NCBI RefSeq assembly: GCF_030144855.1
Contig: NC_082731.1
Coordinates: forward strand, 26,102,001-26,166,000
Length of the DNA: 64,000 bases
Direction of reading: 5' to 3'
From: Hypanus sabinus
Lineage: Eukaryota
Of this stretch, positions 24,799 to 38,030 are shown in pieces. Position 1 is the stretch's first letter; every line of letters begins with the position of its first letter. The translations under genes and the position numbers were made by a program. The notes under the pieces are model-generated. The model was not told the origin of the DNA and did not search any database. It worked only from the letters and a program-made list of their open reading frames with translations.

Positions 24799-25729
24799 TG
24801 TTATGTACTCGTGATACATGACAGTGCTACCCTTGTCACGTGACTGGGTTGAAGCTATATTGGACTTGAGGTAATGGTCTTGTGATGGTGGAGTGGCGTC
24901 ATTTTCCCGCCAGTAGAGATCATGTGACAGGTTTTTTTTCAGGTTATAAAAGGAAGACCCCACCCTGTGAGGAGGGGCAGTTCCTGGCTGGATTTGCCAT
25001 GTTGACTTCATGCCACTGCGTGATTTAATGTGATGATGCAGTTTAGTTGAAAGACGAAGTTTTATCTAATGCCTCAAGTTTAAAAGGACATTACAGGTTC
25101 TTCAAAATTCTGCTAGTTTGAGAATCAGTGGAGAGTGAAGATCGGAGTTCGGGAGTTAAAGATCGAGGAGAATCGATTTCTACGGTGAAACGGGTTCGAC
25201 ATTTATTTGAGCCTTATTCGGAAGGATTTCGTTGACTATTCTCGTGTTAATCCCTGGGAATACCAGAAAGGTTTGAGGATAGTGTGGAAGGACAGGTCAG
25301 TGCCTTTAAGCCGTTCCGTTTCGTAAAATTCTTCGTGGGGAAAGTTCGACGCTGGGGATCGAAGCAAAGCGAACTGAAAGAGAATTTAAATCGACTTATA
25401 AAGTCTCTCCTTTTAAATGGACTGTGAGCATCTCGAACTTTTGGCAATAACACTTTAAAGAACTGTTTTTGCAATACCGCTTTAAGAACTGTTTGAGCTG
25501 CCGCACAGCAGTTGATTTCCGGTTACGTTAGTGTTTGTTTACTTTTGGGGGGTTTGTTTTATGTGTTTAATAAACGTGTTGTTTGTTATAAAAAAAAACC
25601 CTTGCCGAACTCATATATTTATTGTTGCCTGAATACGTAACCTAACTATGGGGGCTCGTCCAAGATGGGATCGTTTGAGTTTATACGCTTGCCGAACTCA
25701 TATATTTATTGTTGCCTGAATACGTAACA
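24799..25729 (+). mobile_element. Internally deleted LTR element: ~840-bp LTR + tRNA-Pro PBS + 3' stub of second LTR
   Basis: TGTTATGTA...TACGTAACA termini; TATAAAA and AATAAA; PBS TGGGGGCTCGTCCAAGAT at 25649-25666; TSD ACTG/CCTG; empty site at ~8460. Confidence 0.85.
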
Positions 25730-26130
25730 CCTGAAAGCTGTACACAAAGACTGTATCCGACATCATGAACGAAATCCGGTTGTTGGAATTGTAAGTTAAC
25801 ATTAGTACAAGCTGCACGGCTCTGCTGTAATTTTATTATCTCGAAAAATAATCACAGTTCATGGCACTCATCGAAGCAAGTTGGCTCCGATACCGCTTGT
25901 TGGCATTATATAAAAATGATACATCTTATCCGGTACAGAGACGAACAGCTTTCGGAAAATTGAAATCTCTGCAGGGAGCGGGTACAGGAAGCTGCGCCTC
26001 TGGTTTCCGTGGGCGAGAGCCTGTTCAAGCCGCGGCTCCTTCTCTCACTCACAGCCCACGCCTGTATTTGAACTGCGCTCTCGGTGGCACGCCATAAATA
26101 CGATCTCAGCTGAAGCAGCCGATCTCAAAA

Positions 26131-26646
26131 ATGTCCAAGTCGGATTCAGTGTTCAGCCCGATAAGGGGCATTTCTTTTCACTGTCTCCTCCTGCTTTGCC
26201 TTGCAGATGTCATGTCCCGCAATTTATCACCTATCCGAGGCCGAATGCTTTTCGCAAATTTTGTGAATCTTTGTTTTAGAAAATTTTATCACACACAGCT
26301 CTTTATTAATTGACAGACGTGTATTCTGATATCCTGCAGCCCCTGTCAGCGGTGGCAAAGCCTAGGCAGTCCCACACACAGACCTGTGCAGCCATTGACT
26401 TCAGTCTTAGAAGATATGTCATACATTAGTTGAAGCCAGTATCCGGAAATGCGCTGCAGTGTCTAGTGGTTATGTGGGGAGGCAGCAGGAAGTACTATAA
26501 ACCGGAGTCAATGGACGATTCGAGGTTTTCAATGGTAGCAACACCGTTTATCTGCAAATGAACAACCTGAGACTGGACGACACGCACGCTTATTACTGTG
26601 CGAGAGCGTAGTGAGAGAGATCCGACAGTGGACCGCAACAAAAACC
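26131..26646 (+). pseudogene. IgH-like V pseudogene B2
   Basis: Same lesions as B1 (donor AT, Trp>TAG, frameshift at ccggagtc, CGTAGTG heptamer); V ends 26606; spacer 24 nt. Confidence 0.88.
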
Positions 26647-27246
26647 CAGCAAAAGAGCTTACATTACAGGCGCGGTGGAGAATTTCAGCAGTGATCGACA
26701 GAGTTTTATCCCCGACTTTCTGGACACGTCCAGTTTGCCACAAAATGGAAGGCGGATTGTCAGCGGTGATTCCTGAGAACAAATGCTGAACGGATGGACT
26801 CAGGGGCTCACGGTAGATCTTCAGACGGCAGCACGGAGCCAATCGCAATGAGTCAGAATGGGGTCACCGATCGATCTTGTCAACTATCGGTCCTTCGTCT
26901 ACACGTCACGGTAAACCGTGGGGGTATGCAGACCATTAATGTTATGAGAAACATTGGTGATCTGGTGCGGTTTGACTGAGCAGTGATGTGCTGAATGGGA
27001 GTGGGTACAAGTTCCACTAGAGATTGTCTGGAAGGGAAAGCAACCACATAAAAGCAGCTGTCAGTTGAGGCACAGAGAAAGGTCCCGTTAGGTTATAGCC
27101 TCTCCACTTCAGGACTGGTATAGCTGATATTGAGATGTGCTGTGTGGGACACGAAGGCCCAGAGGGAGGTATTAAAAAATCAGCTGGCCTTCTCTGTGTT
27201 CCATTAAATTTCGGTGGGAAGGGTTGGTAGGGGATGTGACGAAGTC

Positions 27247-27310
27247 AGATTGTGACCTGCAGAAAAGCATTGTGATATGTACCACAGAGATGGGGAGCTG
27301 AACAGAAACT
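27247..27310 (+). other. IgH D2-type D segment (ATATGTAC, 27275-27282) with 12/12 RSS
   Basis: CATTGTG | D | CACAGAG-12-ACAGAAACT. Confidence 0.75.
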
Positions 27311-27733
27311 GCTCCCGACAAATGGGCGTCTGCACCGCAGTCTGGCTCCACGAATTCCGCATTACTGACACCCAGAATCAAATCCCTGACGGCTGACTCA
27401 TACTGCTATGGTAAATGTCCATTTCTGGGGAAGTAAAAGCCCAAATGGATTTAAATTTGATTGTGCGGAATAACGGGAATGGGTGTCCGCGCACAGTAAA
27501 ATTGAGAAAATGTCTCTTTTATTCACGGGCCAGAAAGGGCCAAGTTAGGAGTTACAGATAGAAATCCAAGATCCTGGGAAACGGCAAGAGTATCGACGAT
27601 AACCCACGATTTAATAATTGATTAAGGTTTTAGAAGCTAGGAAATTGAAGGAACCGTACAGGTATGTGCCGATTATTTTCTACATACCGGTTTTGGATCA
27701 ATCTTACCGATTCTGTTAAGTGAAACTACTCCA

Positions 27734-28107
27734 AGAGCCGAATCATTTTTTAAAAATGGGAAATGAATTTTATGGGAAGAAAGACTACAATGAAGCATGC
27801 AATCATTACACAAAAGCAATAGACACCTGCCCTAAAAATGCCAGTTACTATAGCAATCTATCAGCTACTCTTATGATGATGGGTAAAGTCCGGGAGGCCC
27901 TTGAAGATGCACAGTAAGCTGTGAGGTTGGGTGCTTCTTTAGTGAAGGGTCAACTGCGAGAGGCGAAATTTCATCTTTCATAGGGAATTCAATGGCTGTT
28001 GGCCGGTGTTTTTGTAAAGTTCTCGAACTTGAAAGTGACAACACTCAGGCACTCACTGAGTTGAAGAATGCAGACGCAGTTTCTGAGTATGAAAGAATAG
28101 CTGAACT
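27734..28107 (+). pseudogene. DNAJC7: DNAJC7 processed pseudogene fragment, copy 2
   Basis: [34 protein letters not shown]...EDAQ*; stops and a frameshift. Confidence 0.85.
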
Positions 28108-28984
28108 ATTCCTTCAAATGTTCCAGCTTGCATTATTGGGTGGGGCGTGGGGAGTGGTGCAAGTGACATGGGGAGGAAAACTTTCAAATCAATAATGTGC
28201 AATAGTGGAGAATTTAATGAAACGTTGCTGATCTGGAACGCATTACATAGATGATCCTGTTGTGCAGTAGTGGGTGTAGAGAGGAAACAGGAGCAGATCA
28301 GCCTTTCGTAGAGAGATATGGAAGAGCAGAGAGAGACAAATCGGTTTATTGGATTTGTTCTGCTAAAGCAGAGAAAATTAGGAATGAACGGCCTCACACC
28401 TTGCTCTACTCTTCAATTGAATTAGTATTTATCATGTAGATCAAGGAAATTCTTCCGCAAAGAGATTCTAAGAAGCACCCCAGAGTACAAGGAGGATGAG
28501 TTACATGGGGATTACAGCTCCCATATCGTGTCTTCATACCACGTATTAAATACAAAGAACCTTCTGCACTGTCTCATCTCAGCTGGGGAAGTGGCTGAAA
28601 CGCTTAGATACAGAGTGAAGCTTGCACTAAACTGACCCATCACACACACGGCACATGAGTTTAACTTTACTGTTCAAATGAATTGTTCGTAGATAAAACT
28701 ACCTCTATAATTTTCTTGTCTTCCTCCAGCACCAAAGTGGTTTGTTTAACGAGAACATTCCTACATTGACCAGTGCTGCTGGTTATTCAGTAAAAGTGGT
28801 TGTGAGATAAAGTGCTAACTTTTACAAAGCATCTTTCACGGTGTCCCCAAATTCTTACAGATAATGATAAAGTTTCGAAGTGCAGCCCTGTTGTACAGTC
28901 GGGAATGTGGAGCCACTCTGAACACAGCTGAATCAACAAACTGCCAGGTGTGAACGATCCATTAGTCTGTTCTTCATTTTCAAT

Positions 28985-30960
28985 CGTTTTTATTGATTTA
29001 AAACAAATTATATGAATAGATACAAATCAGAGAGGATATGTCAAATACATAATACAATAAAAGTACAGACAAAGAAATTGATATACACTGTCAAAATCAA
29101 ACTCTCTAAGATTTTAGCCAATAGACGAGAATATTTTGCCAACTGTTATCTCAAATGATGAAAGTGGATTTACTAAAAATAGGTATTCACTTTTTAATAT
29201 TCGAAGATTGTTAAATATTACTTATTCTCCCTCAGTTAAAGAATCTGGATGCATTGTGTCTCTGAATGCAGAGAAAGCTTTTGACAGGGTGGAGTGGCCT
29301 TATTTGTTCCAGGTATTGAAGAGGTTTAATTTTATTTCCTGGATCAAACTGATTTATCAAGCCCCGATGACCTGCGGTTGTAACTAATAATCAAAAATCT
29401 CCTTATTTTAGATTATATCGAGGAACAGGTCAGGGTTGTCCTCTCAGCCCTTTTTTTATTTAATTTGGCATTAGAACCTCTTGCTATAGCTCTTTGGGAT
29501 TATAATTGCGTTCAGGGTATTAAGAGAGGGTATAAACTACATAAGGCTTCGTTATGTGTAGATGATGATTTATTAGTTTACATTTCAGACCCTAGGAAAT
29601 CTATTCTTTCTATGCTATCCATATTTACTGAATTTAGTATTTTCTCCGGATATAAATTAAATTTTCATAAATGCGAATTATTCCCCATTAATAATTACTC
29701 TGATTATTATGATCAAATACACAAATATTGCTAAAAAATATTTTACCTATCTTTGTATTAAAATTACTGAAAATTTTGAAGTCATATAAGTTTCATTTCC
29801 TTACTTTAATTGAATATACACAACAAACGTTTTGTAAATGGTCGCCTTTGACGATGTCATTAATTGGTCTAATAAATGCTATAAAAATGGTAATTTACCG
29901 AAATTTTTATTTACGTTTCAAGCGGTTCCATCCTTTGCTCCGAAAAAGTTCTTTGACAGAATAGATTCTATGACCCTGTCATACATTTTGAATACTAAAA
30001 GTTCTAGAGTGCAAAAAGCTTTATTGCAAAAATTTCAAAAAGATGGAGGACTGGCGTTACCAAATTTTAGACTTTATTATTTGGCAATTAATATTCGTTA
30101 TATCACCTTTTTGGATTTACGGGACAGATAAACAGGACTGTTCTTCATTGTTAGAATTGGAGGAGAACCCGGTAAGGAGCTCCTCTTCCCTTTTTGTTTT
30201 ATATGATAGGTAGACAATGTCTGAGTCCGATTGTTAAACATACATTAAAAATAAGGTTTCAGTTTCGCAGATTTTTTGACTTCAGTAACTTTGTTCTCTC
30301 CAGTAATATCCATTTTAACTTTTTTTAATACCATCAATTCTGGGTAAGGCTTTTTTTAACGGAAAACTAAGCGGATACAAACTTTTTTTAGATTTGTTTT
30401 TAGAGGATTGTTTAATGTCCTTTTCGCAGTTAGTGGATAGATATGATATACCTAATGCACAACTTTTTAGATACTTACAAATTAGGAATTTTTTACGGGA
30501 TCTGATCCAATTGTCCATTTGTTATTTTACCAAATATAACAGGTGCCATTTTTTTTCAGCTTAATCCATTTCATAAAGGGTTGATAGCTATTATATATTA
30601 CGGTTAATGAATTCACGTATGATACCTAATGATAAGGTTAAACGTGCTTGGGAAATAGAACTTCAGGACTCACTTTCAGATGATCAGTGGAATAAAATGT
30701 ATTATTTAGTTAATAATTCGTCTATCTGCGCCCATCACTGCTTGATTCAGTTCAAGCTAGTGCAGAGGGCACATATGTCAAAAGATAAACTAGTGCATAT
30801 TTTTTCTAATATAAATCGCAACTGCGTTAGATGGAACGCTGAGGTGACTACTCTAACTCATATGATTTGGTCTTGTATAGTGTTAAATAATTTTTGGAGA
30901 GATGTTTTAGAACGTTATCAAAAGTCATAGGTGTGGACTAATTCACTTACGACAATCTTT
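28985..30960 (+). mobile_element. L1/Tx1-like ORF2 fragment, longest (third) copy, reaching the C-terminal Cys/His region
   Basis: ORFs 29136, 29465, 29838 and 30607 (HCLIQFKLVQR...THMIWSC...NFWRDV). Confidence 0.85.
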
Positions 30961-31835
30961 GGAATCACTCCAAAGGAAGCAGGAAATGTTCGTTTATTTC
31001 TTCTTTAAAATTGAAAATTTCCAGTATTTTTTGTATGAATTATCAAGTGGAATTGTGGTTCTCTGCTTTCATAAACAGACAGTCTGTTCTAGTGATGTTA
31101 TTGAAAGAGTACTATTGAACAGGACACCGTGCACACAGTGATCTAATCGACAGTCTCAAAGATGGATTCAGAGAGATGGGGAACAGAGCAGTACATCAAA
31201 GCAGATAAGTACTGCAGAGGGATCTATGAACAGTCCATGGTTACCAACACAACAAAACTGACGAATTTAAACTCAGTTCATAATGATGTGCAACAGATTT
31301 GGATCTGCTGTCAGATTTCCACCATCATAATAATTTGTATTTGTTATCTGGTCATGAGTAATGATAACCTGTTTTACTGATGTCCCTCAGGAAAGGAGTG
31401 CTCTCATCCTTACCTTTCCAGCCTATTTTTGACTCCTGGCCCATCAATTTGTTTGTCACCAACTGCCCTCAGAATTACAGCTCAGTTGTGTAATTCATTC
31501 TAACTTTACCGGTAAATCCCAGATCCCAAAATAGGAATAATTGTAATTTTCCACCAGTTGCTTGTATACCAGGTTTTCTATTCACTTGCTGCAATATAAT
31601 CTAAAATCAGACCGAGTCACATCCGGTCTCTTGATTCACCATCGATCATTTTGCACAGATACCTACTCAGCTCCAGCTGCCTTTTTCACCACAGTGCCTT
31701 GCTTATCCACCAAGTTCCAGTTCCCCTTTTCACCCTTGCACTCTGCTGTCATTTTGTTGGGTGTTTTATTAATATATATATACACACATAAAGATGCAGA
31801 GGAACACTGATCCAGCCAAAATTCTGTTGATTGAT

Positions 31836-32351
31836 AAGGGGTGATTGATAAGTTTGTGCCCTAAGGTAGAAGGAAATAAGTTATTAAGTTCAAACTTTCT
31901 GCATAATCAAAGAGCTGAGTTGCACGTGCATGTAACAAGAGCTGTATAACTCATCTCCTTCTACCTTTGAACTTATCAATCACCTCTGGTGTGGTACAAA
32001 TTCTGGAGGTTCAAGACGCCGACTTCTTCAAAGAACGCTTCTGTATGCTCCACAACCACTGGACTAAGTGTGCAAATGTAGGAGAGGCCTGTGTTGAAAG
32101 ATAAATGTGCTAGGTTTTCTAAAACTGACGCCTCCTACCTTAAATCACGAACTTATCAATGACCCCTTCTGTGGACTACTTTCTGGAGGTCCAAGACGCC
32201 AACATCTACAAAGACGGATTCCGTACGCTCTACGACTGCTGGACTAAATGTGTTAATGTAGGAGGGAGCTATGTTGAAAAATAAATGCGCTACGTTTACT
32301 AAAATTGACTCCTTCTACCTTAGGCCACGAACATATCAATCACACCTTGTA
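31836..32351. mobile_element. Mariner-like non-autonomous relic with tandemly repeated 3' end
   Basis: GGGGTGATTGATAAGTT...CCTAAGGTAGAAGG and its inverted copy CCTTCTACCTTAGGCC...TATCAATCAC; two copies of a transposase C-terminus-like stretch (LYDCWTKCVNVGGSYVEK*). Confidence 0.7.
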
Positions 32352-34174
32352 TTTACCGGGATGTAAAAGATCCTCAGCCGTCAATCTCACCGACTGACAT
32401 TATTGTGCATCCTGCACTGCCAACAGCATCAGCTCAAGAGATATCTGTGGTGTGAGAAACAGCGTTAATGTTTCACACATGTGGCCTTTCACGAAACTAC
32501 AAATGTTTGTATGTCGGCCTAATTTCTGGTAACTATGATGTTTTAATTTGTTTTAATGTTTCTACATCTGTTTTGTTTTTCATTCACTTCCATAAGCCCA
32601 GAATATCCCAGAGCCTTTCACAACCCAGCAAGTACTTATGCAGTGTGTCCTTTCATGTGGGGAATTATTTTTAACTAATTCGGGTTGTTTGCCCTGAGCT
32701 GAACCTTCGAACCTGCAGGACTGGTAAACTGGTGTGTCCTCTACCCTGTTTGCCATTGGTGATCCTACCAAGTTCAAAGCATAAGGCCCTCCGGTTCATT
32801 GAAGCAAACAAGCCTCCAAACCTACGACAAGATTTTGATCTTCTGGGAGGAGTGTGTTAAATGAAGCGTACGATATATATTCGGTTATCTTTCGTGTCAT
32901 TCAGTCTAAAATTTAGCAACTAATGTTACAGCGATATAATATCTTTGCTCGAGCGTATGTTGTGTTTTCCGAGCAGTTCTGGTCGTCACGTTTTAGGACG
33001 GATGTGAGGCTTTGGATATGGCGCAGAAAAGGGTCACGTATATGATCTATGAGGTGGTGTAGTCAAACTTTATCTTGGGTAATGGAGGCCTGGTAGAATA
33101 CAAATAATGTAGGGCAATGATAGGGAAGGCAATTAGTGTTATGACAAGGTGGAACCGTGAAATCGTCGGCCAGAGAGATACCTGAGGGGTTACACAAGAT
33201 ATTAAAAAATGTTGAGAGTGGGAAATGCCTATAACTTCAGGAGACGTTGTGGAAGCGGACACAATGGTACCTTTTAAGCGACAATTTTTGCCATTCATTA
33301 TGCAGAGATTTGGTGTGTTATAGGCAGACATGCTGCTTAAAAATAGCATCGTGATTGCCACAAACGTGGAATGCGCTGAACGGTCTCTACCTAAAATGTT
33401 ATATATTCAATGTACTGAGCTACACCGGATAAATAGATAAATAAAATACTTTTAAATAGACTTTTAAGCGCACACGGCGCTGTCCATTGAATTTACTGCT
33501 TGAGTCCTTATTACCGGCTGGAAACAACCTTTAGTCATAAATAATGCAAAATGCAGAAGCTGTGATTTGAAAAAATATATATCTGGAAATACTCACGACA
33601 TCTGACCGAATCAATGGCAAGTGAGAAGCGTAATTTAACGTGTCAGTTCAAGGAGTTCCCCTCAGAAGTTGGAAAGAGACAAAAAAAAAGTTCTGCAAAA
33701 TAAACAGAAGGACGGGGAGGGTGTAAACCGGTTCAGCGCAGAAATCAGCTATAAAAAATGGTTGCCTAATTACTGAGAAAATCGGTACGGCTGGAGTGTT
33801 AAAGCACGAACAAATGAGCTTCCGCAAAATAGTCTACCCATTACCAAGTACTGGGAAGGAAGACATGCCATGATTGCTGTCATTATCAACTCCATAAAGT
33901 CGCTGAGAGAGGAGAAAGTGCTGATCAGTGAAATTACACCTCAGATTGAAAGGTGAGGATATCCTGTAAGAGAATCATAGTATCCTGCAGAACTGGAACG
34001 GTGTTTTTCGGCCGCCGGAAATACCACAATTTCATTTGTCTGTATTGGAATCCATCACTCTCTGGCTTGCGCATTCAATCATCTGCAGAAATACCTTTAA
34101 AACAACGTATTGTATCAGCTACACTACCGTAGCTGTAAGCCCTTCATAAATAACCACAACTTTGAGTATGGGGT

Positions 34175-37100
34175 GATACAAAAACTACAGCATAATACAG
34201 ACCCTTGGGTCCAAAAAGCTGTGCAGAACATGACTGTGCATTGGAGCTACCTTGGCGTACACATAGACTTCTAAGCTCCATGTATCCATTCAGAAGTCTA
34301 TTAAAACACCGTATCGTTTCTGCCTCCACCACTGCCGCCGGTTACCTATTCCACGCACTCACCACTTACTGCGTAAGACATCTCCTCTCTACGTACTCAC
34401 GGCAGCTTAAAGCTATGCCCTCTCATGCTAGTAATTTCAGCCTGAGGAAAAGCCTCTGACTATCCACACGATCGATCCTTCTCATTATCTTGTACACTTC
34501 TATCAGTGTACAACTTATTCTCCTTCGCTCCAAGGAGAAAAGGCCGAGTTCCTAAACCTATTCTGATCAGGCATGCTTCACAATCCCGGCAACATCCTTG
34601 TACACATTTTATGGTTTCCACATCCTTCCCGTAGGAAGGAGACCACAAATGAACATTGTACTCCAAGTGAGGTCTGAACAGGGTCTTATATAGCTGCAAC
34701 ATTACCTCTCGGTTATTGAACTCAATCCCACGATTGATGAAAGCCATTGCACCGTATGCCTCCTTAACCACAGAGTCAACCTGCGTAGTAGCTTTGAGTG
34801 TCCTATGGACTGGGACTCCAGAATCACCCTGGTGCTTCATATTGCCAAGCGTCGTACCAATAATGCTAAATTCTGCCATCATATTTGACCTACCAAAATG
34901 AACCACCTCACACTTATCTGGTTCAACACGATTAGCCTCTTCTCAGCCTAGTCTTGCATCCTATCGATGTCTCGTTGTAACATCTGACAGCCCTCCACAC
35001 TGTCCACTGTCCCAACCTTTGTGTCATCAGCAAACTTACTAACCCATCCCTCCACTTACTCATCCAGGATATTTTCACACGTCTCAAAGAGCAGGGGTCC
35101 CAGAACACATCATTGAGACACTCCACTGGTCACCGGCCTCAATGCAAACGGGGTCACCAGTGCCTTAGCCCTCCTCAGGTCCACCAACAGCTCCTTAGTC
35201 TTTTTCACATTAAGCTGCAGATGATTCTGATTCTAGAATACAATATTCTGCCAACATACTTGACCTCCCAAAATTAACCACCTCACACTTATCTGGGTAG
35301 AACTCCATCTGACACTTCTCAGCCCAACTTTCCATCCTATTGATGTCGCGCTGTAAACTCTCACAGCCTTCCACACTATCTACAACACCTCCAAACTTTG
35401 TGTCATTAGCAAATTTACTAACCCATCCCTCCACTTTTTCATCCAGGTCATTTATAAAAATTACAAAGAAAGAGGGTCCCAGAACAGATCCCTGAGGCAC
35501 ATCACTGGTCACCAATGTCCATGAAAACTGTGACCTGTCTACAACCACTATTTGCCCTCTGTGGGCAAACCAATTCTGAATCCACAAAGCAATGTCCCCT
35601 TAGATCCTCTGCCTCCATATTTTCTCAATAAGCCTTGAATGGGGTACCTTATCAAATGGCTTGCTGAAATCCATATACACGACATCTGCTGCTCTACCTT
35701 CATCAATATGTTTAGTCACGTCCTCAAAAAATTCGATCAGGCTCATAAGGCACGCCCTGCCTTTGACAAAACCATGCTGACTATTCCTAATCATAGTATG
35801 CCTCACCAAATCTTCATAAATTCTGCATCTCAGGAACATCTCCACCAACTTCCCAACCACTGAATTAAGACTGACCTGTCCATAATGTCCTGGGCTATCC
35901 CTTCTCCCTTTCTTGAATAGGGGAACAATATGCGCAACCCTCCAATCCTCTAGAACCTCTCCCAGCCTCATTAATGATGCAATGATCATCGCCAGCGGCT
36001 CAACAATCTCCTCCCTCACTTCTCACAGTACCCTGGGGTACATCCCGTCTAGTCCCAGTGAGTTATCCAACTTAATACTTTCCAAAATCTCCAGCACATC
36101 TTTTTCCTTAATATACACATGCTCAAGCTTTTCAGTCCGCTGCATGTCATGCCTACAAACGCCATTTTTTTCGTGGTGAACACTGAAGCAAGGTGTTCAT
36201 CCGGTTCTCCTCCAGTTCCATACACACTTTTCCATTATCGCACTTGATTGGTCCTATTCTCTCACATCTTATCCTCTTGTTCTTCACATAATTGTTGATA
36301 CTTTGGGCTTTTTCTTAATCCTGTCCGCCAAGGCCTCCTCATGGCCACTTCTGGCTCACCAAATTTCATTCTTGAACTCCTACTTGTTAGACTTATCATC
36401 TTCTAGACCTCTGTCATTACATAGATTTTTTGAACCTTTCGTAAGCTCTTCTTTTCTACTTCACAAGATTTACAACAACTTTTGTACACAACGGTTCCTG
36501 TGCTCTGCTATCCTTTCCCGATCTCATTAGATCATACCTACGAAGAAACCCACGCAAATATCCTCTGAAAATTTGCAACATTTCTTTGGTACCTTTCCCT
36601 GAGAACATCATTTCCAATATATGCTTCCACGTTCCTTCCTGATAGCCTCATATTTCCCCTTACTCCAATTAAACATTTTCCTAACTTATCTGTTCCTATC
36701 CCTCTCCAATACTATGGTAAAGGTAATAGAATTGTGTTCACTATCTCCAAAATGTTCTCCCACTTTGAGACCTGACACTTGATCAGGTTCAGTTCCCAAT
36801 CACAGATCAAGAACAGCCTCTCTCCTTGTAGGTTTATCTACATCGTTACTTACTCGTGACACATGACAGTGGTACCCTTGTCACGTGACTGAGGTTGACG
36901 CTATACTGGACTTGAGGTAATGGTCTTGTGATGGTGCAGTGATGTCATTTTCCCTCCAGTAGAGGTCATGTGACAGGTTTTTTTTACAGGGTATAAAAGG
37001 AAGTCCCCACCCTTTGAGGGGGTGCGATTCATGGCTGGATTTGCCATGTTGACTTCATGCCACTGCGTGATTTAATGTGATGCCGCAGTTTAGTTGAAAG

Positions 37101-38030
37101 ATGAAGTTTTATCTAATGCCTAAAGTTTAAAAGGTCATTGCCAGCAGTTTCTTTACAGTACTGCTAATTGAGAATCAGTGGAGAGTGAAGATCGGAGTTC
37201 TGGAGTTAAAGATCGAGGAGAATCTATTTCGACGGTGAAACGGGTTCGACCTTGTTTAATCCTTATTCGGAAGAATTTCGTTGACTGTTCTCGTGTTAAT
37301 CTCTGCGGGATAGCAGAAAAGATTGAGGACAGTGTGATAAAGGAATGGTCAGTGCCTTTAAGCCGTTTTGTCTCGTTTCGTTTCGAAAATTCTTCGTGGG
37401 AAAAGTTCGACGTCGGGGATCGAAGCAAAACGACGTGAAAGAGAATTTAAATCGTCTTAAAAAGTCTCTCCTTTAAATGGACTGTGAGCATTTTTGAACT
37501 TTTGGCAATATTACTTTAAAGAACTGTTCTTGCAACATCGCTTTAAGGACTGTAAGCTTCACTGTTTTAAGAACTGTTGAAGCTGCCGCACAGCAGCTGA
37601 TTTCCGGTTACTTTAGAGTTTGTTTACTTTTGGCCGGTTTGTTTTCAGTGTCTAATAAACGTGTTACTTGTTATTTAAACCCTTGCTGAACTCATATATT
37701 TATTGTTGTCTGAATACGTCACAACATATTGTATAAAGCAACCTTCAGAAACACACCTAAAAAACTCCACTCCATCTACACCCCTTGCTGTAGGGAGATT
37801 CAAATCAATATTTGCGAAATTAAAATCTCCTACCACAACAAACCTGTTATGATCTCCTTTCCAGAGACTTTCTCCCTATGTGTTCCTCTATGTCCCTGTT
37901 TCTATTGGGTGGTCCATAAATAACACCCAATAGAGTTATTGAACCCTTCCTATTCCTAACTTCCACCCAGAGGAACTCCTTATACAACCCTTCCAAGACT
38001 TCGTCCTTTTCTGCAGCCTTGATAGCCCGC
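34175..38030 (-). mobile_element. CR1 LINE (rearranged), interrupted by a solo LTR
   Basis: ORFs 34460-34906, 35210-35587 (VPQGSVLGP, KFANDTK) and 35600-36019. Confidence 0.88.
36844..37723 (+). mobile_element. 880-bp solo LTR, same family as 24799
   Basis: Collinear with 24799-25641; 4-bp TSD ACAT (36840-36843 / 37724-37727); related CR1 at ~44590 shows the empty ttACATattg site. Confidence 0.88.
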
